From the human T2T-CHM13v2.0 reference genome, Homo sapiens: 64,000 nt of DNA. The position numbers and the translations under genes were made by a program. Below are positions 46,564-60,340 of this stretch, one piece after another. The stretch lies in assembly GCF_009914755.1 (NCBI RefSeq), contig NC_060927.1; one strand, given 5' to 3'. The notes under the pieces were generated by a model that saw only the letters and a list, made by a program, of their open reading frames with translations, was not told the DNA's origin and ran no database searches. Within the stretch, counting starts at the first letter, position 1; the number at the start of each line of letters is the position of its first letter.

Positions 46564-48070
46564 TTTGCCTACTTTTAAATGTTTTTTTTTTTCTTCCTTG
46601 TTGATTTAACTTCCTTATAGATTCTGGATATTAAACGTTTGTTGGATGCATCATTAGTCAATATTTTATTCCATTCTGTACATCATTTGTTTACTCTGTT
46701 GATAGTTTCTTTGGCTGTGCAGATGCTCTTTCATTTAATTAGGTCCCACTTGTTTTGTTTTAGTTGCAACTGCTTTTGAGAACTTAGCCAGAAATTCTTT
46801 GCCAAGACCAATGTCAAGAAGGGCATTTCTTAGGTTTCTTCTAGAATTTTTATAGTTTGATGATTTACATTAAAATCTTTGATCAATCTTGAGTTAATTT
46901 TTGTATGTGGTAAAAGGTAAGGGTCCAGTTTCAGTCTTCTGCATATGGCCAGCCAGTTATCTCAGGACCATTTATTGAAAAGAGATCCTTTCTCCATTCC
47001 TTGTTTTTGTTGGCCTAGTCAGAGATCAGACGGTTGTGTGTGGCTTTATTTCTGAGTTTTCTATTCTGTAGCTACTGGTTTATGGGTCTGTTCTTGTACT
47101 AGTATCATGCTTTTTGTTTACGATAGCCTTATAATACAGTTTGAAGTCAGGTAGTGTGATGCCTCCAGCTTTGTTCTTTTCCTTAGGATTGCTTTGGCTA
47201 TTCAGGCTCTTTTTTGGTTCCATATGAATGTTAGAGTAGTTTTTTCTAATTCTGTGAAGAATGATGCTGGTAGTTTGATAGGAATAGTGTTGAATCTGTA
47301 GATTGCTTAGGGCAGTATGGCTATTTTAACAGTATTGATTCTTCCAATCCATAAGTATGGAATGTTTTTTCCATTTATTAGTGTCATCACTGATTTCTTT
47401 CAGCAATGTTTTATATTTCTCCTTGTAGAGATCTTTCACCTCTATGGTTAGCTGTATTCCTGGGCATTTCATTTTCTTTGTGGCTATTTTAAATGGGATT
47501 GTGTTCTTGATTTGACTCTCAGCCTGGACATTATTGGCTTATAGAAATGCTATTGATTTTTGTACATTGATTTTGTATCCTGAAACCTTACTAAAATTGT
47601 TTATCACTTCTAATAGTCTTTTGGTGGAGTCTTTAGGGTGTTTTAGGAATAGAATCATACTGTCAGCAAAGAGAGATAGCTGACTTCGTTTTGGATGCCT
47701 TTTATTTCTTTCTCTTGCCCAGTTGCTCTGGCTAGGACTTCCAGTAGTATGTTGAATGGGAGTGGTAAGAGTGGGCACCCTCATCTTGTTCCAGTTCTCA
47801 AAGAGAATGGTTCCAGTTTTTGCCATTCAGTATGATGTTGGCTGAGAATTCTTCATAGATGGCTCTTATTATTTTGAGGTATGTTCCTTTAATGCCTGGT
47901 CTGTTGAGGGTTTTTATCATGGATGTTGGATTTTCTTAAAAGCTTTTTCTGCATTTATTAAGATGATCATATGGTTTTCGCTTTTAATTTTGTTTATGTG
48001 GTGGGTGAATCACATTTATTGATTTGTGTATGTTAAGCCAACCTTGCATCCCAAAAATAAGGCCTACTTG

Positions 48071-48343
48071 GGCCAGGCATGATGGCTCATGCCTGTAATC
48101 CCAGCACTTTGGGAGGCTGAGGTGGGCAGATCACGAGGTCAGGAGTTGCAGCTAGTCTGGCCAACATGGTGAAATCCCGTCTCTACTAAAAATATAAAAA
48201 ATTAGCTGGTGGCTACTCAGGAGGCTGAGGCAGGATAATCGTGTGAACCTGGGAGGCCAAGGTTGCAATGAGCTGAGATCATGCCATTGCACTCCAGCAC
48301 AAGTGACACTGCAAGACTCTATCTCTAAATAAATAAATTAATT
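48071..48343 (+). mobile_element. Alu SINE in the old L1
   Basis: Alu with a small internal deletion; GCCTACTTG on both flanks. Confidence 0.92.
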
Positions 48344-51300
48344 AAGCCTACTTGATTTTGGCATATTAACTTTTTGCTGTGCTACTGGATTCAGTTTGCT
48401 ATGTTTTATTGAGGATTTTTGCATCAATGTTCATCATGGATATTGGCCTGAAGTTCTCCTTTTTCGTTGCATCTTTGCCAGATTTTGGTATTAGGCAGTT
48501 GCTGGCTTCATAGAGTGAATTAGGGAGGAGCCCCTCCTCCTTGATTTTTTGGAATAGTTTTAGTAGGATTGGTACTAGTTCTTTTTGTACAACTGGTAGA
48601 ATTCAGCTGTGAATCCATCTGGTGCAGGACTTTTTTTGGTTGGTAGGTTTTATTATTATTATTATTGCAGAGCTCAGTATTGGTCTATTCAGAGTTTTAA
48701 TCTCTTCCTGATTCAGTCTTGGGAGATTGTGTGTTTCCAGGAATTTATGTGTTTCCTCTAGATTTTCTATTTTGTGTGTGTAAGTTGGTCGTAGTATTCT
48801 CTGAGGATCTTTTGTATTTCTATGGGATTGGTTGTAATATCATCTTTGTCATTTCTGATTATGCTTATTTGGATCTCTTTTTTGTTGTTAATCTAGCTAG
48901 AGGTCTACCAATCTTGTTTATTTTTTATAAGAACCAACTCTTGGTGTCACTGACCTTTTGTATAGATTTTTGCATCTGAGTTTCATTCAGTTCTTCTCTA
49001 ATTTCAGTTATTGTTTTTCTTCTGCTAGCTTTAGGGTTGGTTTGTTCTTTTTTCCTAGTTCCTTTACGTCCAAAGTTAAATAGTTAATTTGAGCTCTTTC
49101 TAACTTCTTGATGAAGGTATTTAGTACTATAAACTTTCCTCTTAACATGTTGAGCTACACCCTGGAGATTTTGGTATGTTGTGTCTCTATTTTCATTAAT
49201 TTCAAAGAATTGTTTGATTTCTGCCTTAATTTTGTTGTTAACCCAGAAGTTATTCAGGAGCAAGTTGTTTAATTTCCATGTAACTGTGTAGTTTTGAGAG
49301 GTCTTCTTGATATTGATTTATATTTTTATGCACTGTGGTCTGAGAGTATGCTTGGTATGATTTCAAGTTTTTGAATTTATTGAGACTTGCTTTATGACCA
49401 AGCATGAGTTCGATCTTAGAATATGTTCATGTGGAGAAGAGAAGCATATATATTCTGTGGTTGTTGGATGGAGTGTTCTATAAATGTTTATTATGTCCAG
49501 TGGGTGAAGTGTTAAGTCCATAGTTTCTTTGTTAGTTTTCTGCCTTGATGGTATGTCTAATGCTGTCAGTGGGGTACTGAAGCCTCACTGTATTACTATG
49601 TGTTTGTCTAAGTCTTTTCATAGGCCAAGAAGAACTTGTTTTATGAATCTGGATACTATAGTACTAGGTGCATATATGTTTGGTATAGTTAAGCCTTCTT
49701 GTTCAATTAAGCCTTTATCATTATGTAATGTCCTTCTGTGTTCTCCTTAATTTTTGTTGGTTTAAAATCTGGGTTATTTTATATGGGAATAGTGACTCCT
49801 GCTCTTTTTTGTTTTTTTGTTTGGATAGTGAATCTTTCTCCATCCCTTTACTTTGAGCCCGTGTGTACCATTACATGTTAGATGGGTGTTAGCTTGCCAC
49901 TCTTTTGCTTTTATATGGGATGTTTAGCTCATTTACATTCAGGGTTATTATTAATATGTGAGATATTGATCCTGTCATCATGTTGTTAGCCGGTTGTTAT
50001 GTAGAGTTAAGATTGCTTTGCAGTGCCTGTGGGCTATGTGCCTATGTGTGTTTTTGTGGTAGCAGGTGCCATTCTTTCAATTCCACATTTAGCACTCCCT
50101 TAAGGACCACTCGTGAGGCTGGTCTAGTTAAAATGAATTCCCTCAGCATCTGCTTTTCTGAGAAGGGTTTTATTTCTCCTTCACTTATGAATCTTTGTTT
50201 GATGAGATATGAAATTCTTGGTTGAAATTTCTTTTATTTAAGAGTGCTGAAAATAGTACCCCAATCTCTTCTGGCTTGTAAGGTTTCCGCTGAGAGGTTT
50301 GCTGCTAGCCTGATGGGTTTCCCTCTGTGCATGAATTGACTTTTCTCTCTTCCTTTAAGATTTTTTCTTTTACCTTGACCTTGGTGAATCTGATGACTAT
50401 GTGCCTTGGGGATGGTTGACTTATATGGTGTCTAACCAAGGTTCTCTGTATTTATTCGTTTTGCATGTCATCCTCTCTAGCAACATTAGGGAAATTTTCA
50501 TGGACTATATCCTCAAATATATTATCTGAGTTGTTTATTCTCTCTCTCTCAGGAATACCATTGAGTCATAGATTTGGTCTCTTTATATAATCCTATATTT
50601 ATCAGAAGTTTTATTCATTTTTAAAAATTATTTTTCTTTATTTTTGTCCAACTGAGTTGATTCGAAGAACTGGTCTTTGAGCTCTGAGATTCTTTTCTCA
50701 GCTTTGATCCTTCTGTTAATACTTTTGATTATATTATGAAATTCTTGTAGTCAATTTTTCAGCTCTAGAAGCTCAATTTGGTTCTTTTTTAAATGGCTAT
50801 TTCATCTTTCAGCTCTTAGATCATTTTACTAATTCCTTGGAATCCTTGGGTTGGGTTTCAACTCTCTCCTGAATCTCCATGAGATTCCTTGTCATCCAGA
50901 GTCCACATTCTATGTCTGTCATTTCAGTCACTTTTGATTGGTTAAAAACCATTGCTGGGGAGCTAGTGGACTTGTTTGGAGGTAAGGGTACACTCTGGCT
51001 TTTTGCATTGCCAGAACTCTTGAGTTGGTTCTTTCTCATCTGAGAAGGTTGGCGTTCCTTTAATTGTGGTGTAAATTGAGTATAGTTAGTTGGCTTCATT
51101 TCTGGATGTTTTCAGAGGGCCAATGCTCTATGCAGCTTCTTTATTTGTGGCTGAATTCTTACCCTTGGTCTTATAGGGGGTTATATTAGCAAAGTATTTT
51201 TGTTGTTGTAGTTTGGGCTGCAATCCAGTAGATGAAGCTTAAGCGTATTTGCTGGTAGAGGCTCTTACTCTGCTGCATGGCTCCTTTGTATTTCCTGCCA

Positions 51301-53202
51301 CTTGCAAGCTTGCTCTGTGGTGCAGTGGCAAGAGAGGTGACCCCTTCACTGCATTTACTCCTGGGCCTTGGGGGAACTCCTTCCAATCACTGGCACTGTA
51401 CCTGCATTTCTTTTGTTAGATGTTTGGGCTGCAGGGTTCCCTCAGTCAGAGGCTGAAGTAGGGAGATAGACCATACCTTTTCAGTCTGGCTCTGTGGAGA
51501 AAGGCATGCCTATTCCTGCTGCGGCCCATGAACCCACGTGACTCAACCCTCTTAGTGCTCTGAGAATGTGGGCTCCATTCCCACTCAAGTGCCTTAGTAC
51601 TCCTAGGCTATGCACTGCAGCCCTGGGGAGAGATCAGGGTTTTTGTTCCTTCCCCACCTTGGGGGCAGCAGAGGTGGGGCTGCAGTGGCAGCAATGGCAT
51701 ACAGCCTGCCAGTTACCTCAGGGGGTGCCACCCCAAAGAAATGCATAGCTATGGCTAATTTGAGTGATCAGCTAGGGATGGGGCAGCTGTGCTGTGGGCC
51801 CAAGCTTGGAAGTAGGTGGGGTGGGGGCTCTGCCTAGGGAAGACAAAAGAAGATAGTTTGGCCTCTTCTCCATAGGATGGCTGTGGTGTGCTATAGGCCT
51901 GCAACAACAATCAGGCTGTTTGTTCCCTTTCTAGCCTGGGTGTTGGGGGTGATGGGTGGGTACTATGGTGGTGGCAGTGACAGAGGGCCTGTCAGTTGTC
52001 TCTGGAAGCTCCACCCCAGAGAAATGCAGAACCACCACTAACTGATCAGGTGGGAGTGGCACAGCTGCTCTGGGGGCCTAAGCTGGAAGGCCGTGCCCAA
52101 TCAGGAGCAGCAAGTTCAGAGAGCTGCATGGAAAACAGTCTGGCTGCCTTACTGTATGGCAGCTGTGGCATTCTGGAGGCCAATGACAGTTCTTAGATTC
52201 TTTACTCTCTCCCCAGCCTGAGGACAGCAGGGGCAGGGGCTGTAGCAGTGGCAATTGCAGCAGGCTTGTCAGTTGCCTCTGGGAGCTCCATCCCAGAGGA
52301 AAGAAGAGCAATGACCAGCTGGAATGTTCAGATTGGGGTGGGGTGGCTGTGATTGGACCTTGCCTGATGAGGTACAGTCTGCAGTTCATCCTCTCCTCAG
52401 CACCGTGCGTGTGGTACCTATCCTAGAGGTGCACGAGAGAGCCTGAGCTCCTTTGTTTGTAGGGCTATGGCAGCTGGCACCAACGTGCTCAGAGATCCAA
52501 GGCTCATGGAGCTCAATGTGGGCTTCAGTGGTAGCTCTGCACAGACTCCACAAGCTCTCTGTGTCGATCTGGAAGCCCAGGGGAGCCGGGGGCCTCTCCT
52601 GTGCCCAAGATTACAAAGGTCATGCAGACATGTGGTCCTTGGGGACTCTCACTCATCCTCTCATCCTTTCCTTGCAGCTGGGAGCCTCCTCTGGCTCTGC
52701 ACCAATCCTGGGTGGGCAGCTGTCCTACCTTGCTCTTCTTTGCTTTCTGTGGGTCGCTGTTGCTTCTTTGATGAATCAAAACATGGCCTCCTGTATGATC
52801 CACTTGAAGATCTAGTGTTTACTTGCAGCTCTGCCTCTTCTCCATGAGAGCAGCATGCACTAACTGCTTCTAGTCAGTCATCTTGGCAAGTCAGCCATCA
52901 TGGCATTTCTTTAACTTTCTTAATTATCTTGACAAAATGCAGAATATTTCCTTAGCCAATTACCTAAAAGGTAAAAACAAAACAAACAAACAAAAAACCT
53001 TTTCACAATTTCCTGTTAAAAGTAGACCAGTACCTCAAGAAAAAGTTGTTTTAACATAAAGGATGAAATTCTAATTTCCCTTCATAGTGTTTTTGATATT
53101 AATGCTTAATTTTTAGAAAAATTTATAAATAGCACGTCTAATCTTAGCTAGCTTAATCACGTATAAAATTTCTTTCCCAAGGTTTCCCTTCTACAGACTT
53201 TT

Positions 53203-53571
53203 TGTATTAGTCCATTCTCAATGAAGAAATAGCCAAGACTGGGTAATTTATAAAGGAAAGAGGTTTAATTGACTCACAGTTCCACATGGCTGGGGAAGCC
53301 CCAGGAAGCTTATAATCATGTTGGAAGGCAAAGGAGAAGCAGGCACTTCTTCACAGGGCAGCAGGATGGAGTGAGTGCAAGCAGGGGAAATGCTAGATGC
53401 TTATAAAACCATCAGATCTTCTGAGACTCACTCACTGTCATGAGAACAGCATGGGGGAAACCACCCCCATGATTTGATTATCTCCACCTGGTCCCGCCCT
53501 TGACATGTGGAGATTATGGGGATTACAATTCAAGATGAGATTTTGGGTGGGGACACAGCTAAACCATATTA
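53203..53571 (-). mobile_element. THE1/MST-type MaLR solo LTR in the ERV
   Basis: TGTATTAGTCCATTCTC...GGGGACACAGCTAAACCATATTA; 5 bp flanks CTTTT / CTTTC. Confidence 0.9.
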
Positions 53572-54869
53572 CTTTCTAATATCCAGTCAGTTTTTTTCCC
53601 CAAATAGTTCTTTCTCATTTTGGATCAATCATTCTGCTCTAGAACAAAAATTATTCTCTTTTTGTTTTAACAGAACAATACACATCCTCATAACTTATGC
53701 TTTTCCTTACCAAAAGCACATCTTACCTATATTGTATACTTGCATATAAAGTTGTTTTCCTTATTATTTCTAGTAATTTTAGTTACATATTTTAATTAGA
53801 ATTCTTAGCCCTTTATGACCTTAATTTCTAGTGAACACTAGGAAGCAAGCAAGTGTGAATATCATGCCAGCAGTCTATAGATTGGAAAACCTGTGAATTA
53901 TAATTCTAGGAGCATATACTTTTTTATAATACATTTTTTTCAATGTGGCACAGAACATTTATTAACAGTCCCAACTGTCTTTAGTCTCTCTGTAGTAAGA
54001 AACTGTAGAGGAAACAAATTTTTATTTCTATCCTGTTAGGGCTTTTTTTTTTTTTTTCCCATCCTTCGTAAGAATGTTAAAAGTTTCTGGTATAGAAAGG
54101 ACATTTTTCACATGGGAATTCTATCTTACCTCTATTTGACTCTTGCTTTTAACAATTATGCTTGAAATGCTCATAAAGATGAGACATTAAATAGCTAGCC
54201 ATCACCTTAAGTTATTTTTCTTGCTGACAAGCTATGTCACATAGAGATAACATGAACTTATTTTACTAAATAAACCTAGGGGAGAAGAGTTGTGCATCTG
54301 TATTATACTAAATGCCGACAACTCTGAAGGTATGCCTGCATTAATCAAGCCAATATACTTTTATTAGCTACTATTTACCGAAGATTATCCAAGATTATGT
54401 CAACTTGAAAAATATTTTAGGTTTGTTTCTAAGGTTTTAAGGAATACCTATTTTATATAAGCACTTATTTTTCTTTAAACCAATTAAATAGTTCTCTTTT
54501 ACAACTTAATTTTGGCAATACCATAAAGAAAAAGAAATATGTTACACATTCATAACATACATACTGACATATATAAATATAAACATAAAAACAGATCTTG
54601 TAGTATTCATTTAAAAATTTTAGCCAGGTGCCAAGTACAATAACACAAAGCTCACTAATCTGGAAGTGATTTTTTTTCTGGCCCATGGAACAAGATTACC
54701 CACCCAGATGGCTAAAGCTTTTGACTGATATTTGTAGAAAAGACTTAAGATTTTTTCCATTGGCCTTCTCTAAGGAATCTTTTAAAGAGGAAATCTTTGA
54801 TTCATTTCATATCTTAGATATTTAATACTTCTGTGTATCCATTAAAGAGTGTGTCCCATTGCTTTTGTG

Positions 54870-55025
54870 GTATGTTGGATCCTTTCTTCTCTAATGTGCC
54901 TCACAAGTGACCAATTTTATCTGGGTTAAAACTTCACTGTGGCCACTGTAATTCTAGCTTGTCCTTAGTAAGGTTAACACATTTTAAAAAAATGCACAGG
55001 TTCTGGGACCATAATTTTTGTACAT
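54870..55025 (-). pseudogene. ERV gag matrix N-terminal remnant
   Basis: MYKNYGPRTCAF / VNLTKDKLELQWPQ / SFNPDKIGHL resembles the gamma-type MA WPxxGSF motif; frameshifted. Confidence 0.6.
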
Positions 55026-55079
55026 GGAGAAAATTGTGCTTATTTTTGGTGTTTTTAAAGCGATACATTGGGTTGACAT

Positions 55080-55140
55080 ACGTCGTGCACATGTACCCTA
55101 AAACTTAAAGTATAATAATAATAAAATAAAAAAAAAAAGA
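55080..55140 (+). mobile_element. Extremely truncated young L1 3' end with poly(A)
   Basis: GTGCACATGTACCCTAAAACTTAAAGTATAATAAT followed by an A tail; no TSD found. Confidence 0.9.
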
Positions 55141-55333
55141 AGCTAGCAGGTAGCTTCACTGATATTTCTTTAAGGCAAATTTTTCTTTTCCTTTTTCTTT
55201 ATCATTGTCTTCATCCTCTTCTCTCTCCTTTCACTCCTCCTCTGAAGGTATTCAGGAAGAAGATGGCAACATGTAGGCAATAGTCTTTCTGCCACTGGAG
55301 ATGTTTTATCGTGTTCAGAGAAACTAAATGAGA

Positions 55334-55556
55334 TATACCAGAATCCTCGCATACTCAAGTCCTGCAGTTGGCCCTGCAGAACCTTCATATATACAAAAGC
55401 CCTTCATATATGCAGATTTCCATTCCTGCAAATATTGTATTTCCAATATGTGTTTGGTTGAAAAATATCAGTTTAGAAGCTGATATTATAAGCTTGTAAA
55501 CTGATATATTAAGCAGACCTACGCAGTTCAAACCCATGTTATTCAAGGGTCAACTG
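55334..55556. mobile_element. MER8-like Tigger-family MITE (one end missing)
   Basis: CGCAGTTCAAACCCATGTTATTCAAGGGTCAACTG followed by TA. Confidence 0.75.
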
Positions 55557-56918
55557 TATGTTTACAGGTCACCTTTCATCTGAAGGACTTTCATGTCTGC
55601 TACACAGGATGTTATAATGATCTATTGTCAGAAATGTTCTTTGCAACTTACAGAAACATGAGAGTACAGCTTGTATGGCTCAACAGAATTCTGATAAACT
55701 CAAGGAGTAAAAAGAGAGAAGAAATAAAGGCAGGTTTGAAGAATGAGAAAGAAATGATAGTCTTTTAGACAAGGAGTTAAGTATTCAATTCGCCATATTT
55801 TTGAATTCCACCAAGCTTTGGAACACTCTCCTTGGCCCAGAAAAACTATCAGGAAACCGTACTTGAGCTAGGCTGCTAGTGAATGTTTGCTATACTTTTG
55901 ATTTGTTACGGCCCTGTGTAGGAGAGAAAATGCTAAGCAAATATTTGCACATTGCACTGTAAGGAAATAAAAAATGCATTAGAAGTGAATCAGTTGACCT
56001 CATATTGTTTCATTAGAAGTAATTTCTTTTGGATTGTCTCATTGCCTATAAATGTTCTTCCTTTGCATCTTAACAACAACTCTGTCATGAGTAGTCTATG
56101 ACTAGCTTATTTTTTCCACTTTTGCTCCCCATGAATATGATAAGGACCTCTCCCACTCTTTATGGGGCCTGTGTTTTGCATCCTGCAAAGACTAAACACA
56201 GTTAACATTGAATCCATCCTTTTCTTTAGAGGAACATTTCTCAAATTATCTCTAAGTTTTCGGTGTTTTACAGTAAAATGGATCAGGTCTAAGGGTTCTC
56301 TAAGAAAATTTAGCATTTGACATTTTTATTTTTATAGCAATTGAAATACATCAGTACAACCATATTCAGAAAGGGCATTATGTCAGACACTGCCAGGCTA
56401 TTTTAGATGTTTGTCATTTTTGATCATAGTTAGTTTTTGGCCTTAATAATAAGTATTATTATTTTACTTATTGCCAGTGAATGATAGGATAGAGCTTAAC
56501 TAAATGCTTAAACGATGTGCTTGGATCCCCACATAGATCCACAGTTATTATATTCCTTAGGGTTTTGCTATAGCTACGTAGAGGAAAGGAGAATTCAGTC
56601 ATCCCAATGCGCATGGTACCCTGGGCATGCTGAACTCAAAAGAAGCTATACTACAGCAGCTATATGCACAATATAAGTGCCAATTTAGTTTCACCAAAAA
56701 TCATCACTTTATATTAAATTCATATCACTGATTTGAATTTTATTGGCCGACCTTTTTAAGTTTTATATGTTAAGATTCTATAATTATATACAACTCTAAG
56801 TGTAAGAAAAGTTATTGCTAGTTTTATGTGGGTGCATATATAGGTAATATAATAAAAAATAATTTAGATTGAAGGTTTGTGTGATAACTTTTCTCCTTAT
56901 AAGGGTTTTTTCCTGGAG

Positions 56919-57436
56919 TGATATCATTAAAGCATTTAAAACAGATTTTATGAAGTAACTACTGATACTAGAGGAAAGAGCTAAGCTCCATTCTAATTTG
57001 TGCAGAGTGACTGGGTATTCAGGGAGAATAAGGGAGTAGGGAAGAGGAACAGCAGGGGCCTGAGCAGAGTCAAGGAAGTGAAAAATTACAAAAATCAGGA
57101 AGTGGAGGTTGGTCCCTGTAAACTCATGTGGGTTTGTTATCTGGTGCTCATCAAAGTTAGACTCCTAACCTTCCTTAGAGATTGGGAGACAAGAGCCCTA
57201 TCTTCAGGCATTGGCTGGAAGAAACTGTCAATTCTTCTGTCTACCTTGAGTTTTCTCAGGTAGGAACTTTAAGGGGTAGGAGGGTAGGACCATCCTAGGG
57301 TTGTGGCCTTGGGCTTTTAGAAACTATTAATAGATTCGTGTTTGTTAAAGTCTTTATAGGTTAATGTTGAGGCCGAGCTGAGAAGAGTGCTCAAAGGAAC
57401 CTGGATAGACTTTGATTAAAGAGAGAATCTTTGTCA
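56919..57436 (-). mobile_element. MER67/MER31-like ERV1 solo LTR
   Basis: Minus strand starts TGACAAAGATTCTCTC...; contains CCTGAGAAAACTCAAGG; left boundary approximate. Confidence 0.65.
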
Positions 57437-57558
57437 GTGATAATTACAGAATGGCACTTTCTTATAAACAGTGACTGCTATGTATTAACTGTTGTTAAGT
57501 GAACTTGATTTTAACATATTAGCTGAAAAAATATGAAAGATTATGCTCTTCATTTCAG

Positions 57559-57677
57559 GGCCGAGATCTGGACGATAAAATTCAGGAATATAAACAAGCT
57601 GGAAAAATCTTTCCAGAAAATCAAATAATAGAATGGTTTATCCAGCTGCTGCTGGGAGTTGACTACATGCATGAGAG
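57559..57677 (+). CDS. NEK11: NEK11 kinase-domain coding exon (119 nt)
   Basis: Acceptor ctcttcatttcag, donor AG|gtatgt; encodes GRDLDDKIQEYKQAGKIFPENQIIEWFIQLLLGVDYMHE(R); joins the previous exon in frame as EYCE|GRDL. Not in the ORF track. Confidence 0.95.
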
Positions 57678-59429
57678 GTATGTTCATTTGCTACTGGGGG
57701 AACATGATATATTTTTAACAGTCATGTTTGAACTTGAAAAGTGAATTTTTTTTCTATAATTGAAAGAAAACAAGTTCAAAAGGTATATGGCTAAAATTAA
57801 ACATCTATAATATGTTTTTCCTTGAGAAAACTGTTGAATGATTATATCTAGAGGATTTACTTGCATAGCTTTTTGTTGCTGTTCTGAAACTCAAGTTGGC
57901 CTTGAATATAAGACAGAAATTTGTATTAAACACATTTCATTATGTCTGATCATGTCCTGTGAATTACAGGAAGTTCTCAGAAACCTTTGGCATCCTATGA
58001 ATTTATTGTATCTTACAGCAGGCTTGAGTTGTAAATACCTTAGTATGCCACAAATGAATTGTGTGGTCGCCTTGGAATGTGTCAGTGCACACTTAGCTAG
58101 GTTCACATCCCAAAAGAGCTCAGTAATTGAGACAGAATGTATTCTTTCACCTCAGAGGGATAAGTATTCAGATAGAAAGTCAGTTTTGATATGAAGTATC
58201 TGATAATGAAGGTCAATTATTTTGATTATCTGTGATTTACATTTACAATCTCTGCCTCAAAAATGTATTTTAAAACTTTTAATGAATTTTTATAGGTCAA
58301 AAGTAAGAAGTTTTAGAAGTTAAATATTTTAGAGACCCATAAAATGATATGAACACGTTTGAAAAGATGAACATACATAGACAAAAAAGAAGTGGATATT
58401 CTGAGGTGTCTGTGGTCGCTTTCACCTTGGAAGTGGGCGTTAACACATGGTACCATTCTTCTTGAACGAAAGGGGGTAATTTATAAAGCACACCAAGGTC
58501 TAACTATCCGTGGATGTCAGGTTGCTTAAATGTGTCATCTGTACTTTCTGACAGCATAAAAAGTAATCGGATTATTCTGTAATTCGCCATGTATCTTCTA
58601 AAACACATGCTTGTTGATACAGATAGCTACTGATTTATTGACACCTCATAACAATCTGTTGGATGATGTCAAACTATCTTTAGAAATCTTTTATTAAAAG
58701 ATTATTTGACTTAAATGAATCAAATAATCTTTTAATAAGCTACCCAAAGCTACTGACTGTAAAACTTCTGTGTACATACATTTATATTGGTATTTCTTTT
58801 ATTTCTTTATTTCTTAGCATATTGTTAGGTTATATGCAAGAAAAACAACTAAAAAACAACACATATTAAGATGCTAACTATGGTATTCTATGCACAAAAT
58901 ACAAAACTGGAATTTGGTTGATTTAAGAACCCAAATATTTTTGATACCTTTAAGACTGCTTAGTAATAGTTAAAATAAATGAGTTTAAAATAACCCTTTG
59001 AACAGAGGCTTATAATTTTTAATCCTTTAATATTCAAAGAAAGTCATTAAATGAGACTAAATATTTGGATATTTGTGAATCTGTGGATCTGAAATACAAT
59101 CCTTTGTGATTCAGGTAACAATTGATGGTGCTTCTTAGTCATTATGTTATTATAACCAATTACTGTAAAATTTTTATGTACAGAGAAATTACAATTTTAT
59201 GTTTCGGTTCATTCATTCCTTCATTAGATAGTGATAAATTAAAAATAAGTCTCAACCTCAAAGAGCTGTTAGTAAGCTAGCCGACATAAAACATGTACCC
59301 TTATAACTATAAGCCATGTACCATGGTGGATGTGCACAATTCATTGTCTCCACTATTCACCAGATTCATGACCTTGAGCAAGCTGGTCATGAGAGCAAGC
59401 TCTCCTCTCTGAACCTGTTTCCTCATCTA

Positions 59430-59509
59430 TTAGATTGGTGCAAAAGTAATTGTGGTTTTTGCCATTATTTTTAATGACAAAAGCCACAATTATTTTTGCA
59501 CCTACCTAA
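59430..59509. mobile_element. MADE1 (Hsmar1-derived MITE), 80 bp, inside a MIR relic
   Basis: TTAGATTGGTGCAAAAGTAATTG...CAATTATTTTTGCACCTACCTAA with TA duplicated at 59428-59429 and 59510-59511. Confidence 0.95.
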
Positions 59510-59679
59510 TATAAAGTAAGGATAATAATAGGACTCTCCTTGCTTACATTAAAGGGTAGAAAATATGCATTCAGATATTAGACAGTTTAAAAGTTTGCAA
59601 AATGTTAAGCTCTATGTAATGTTGTTGTTATAATTTAATATAGAAATGAGAGCACAGACATCAAAAGGGGTTTTAAAAA

Positions 59680-60340
59680 CGATGACAGTAGCAAGTGTTG
59701 GTAAACATATGGAGTACCTGGAATTATTTTATATTGTTAATAGGGTATACATTGATATAAACACTTTTGAGAAATGTTTGCAAAACTTTCTAAGCCAAAC
59801 ATACAAATAGCTATGACCCAGTAATTCTATTCCTAAGGGTAGAAATGAGTGCTGATGTCCAACAAAAGGTATGCAGAAATGTCCATAGAAGCCTTTTTTG
59901 TAATAGTGAAAACATTAAAAAATATTCATCTACAGTGGAATGGTTAACCTGAGTGTGGTATGGCCCTATAATGGACTTTTAAAATTACTATTCTATAATT
60001 TAAAAACAATACACAATTGATAATAAGCATGACCTGGGTGAATCTCAGAGATCAGAGGTAGGATGACAGAAGCCAGATGCAAAAGAGTGTATACTGCATG
60101 ACTACATTTATATGAAGTTCAAAAATAGGCAAAACTAACCTAAGATAAGTCAGAATAGTGATTACTCTTGCAAAGGGGTTTTGCCTGGAAGGGGCACAAA
60201 GAAACCTGGGATGTTAGAAATGTTCTATATCTTAATCTGGATAGAGGATTACAAGAGTGGTACAGATGTTGATATATATGTAAAAAATCATCAAATTTAA
60301 GATTTTTGCATTTTAATGTAAGTTATACTCTAGTTTAAAA
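59680..60340 (+). mobile_element. Old L1ME-like 3' fragment
   Basis: CTATGACCCAGTAATTCTATTCCTA and TATATGAAGTTCAAAAATAGGCAAAACTAA motifs. Confidence 0.7.

Noticed and set aside
52078-52847. Cluster of 92-126 aa ORFs
   Set aside because: They lie in the GC-richer old L1 5'UTR where stops are rarer, and show no recognisable domains.
57838-58194. 118 aa ORF after the second exon
   Set aside because: Lacks the expected HRDLK continuation; the next NEK11 exon is not in this window.
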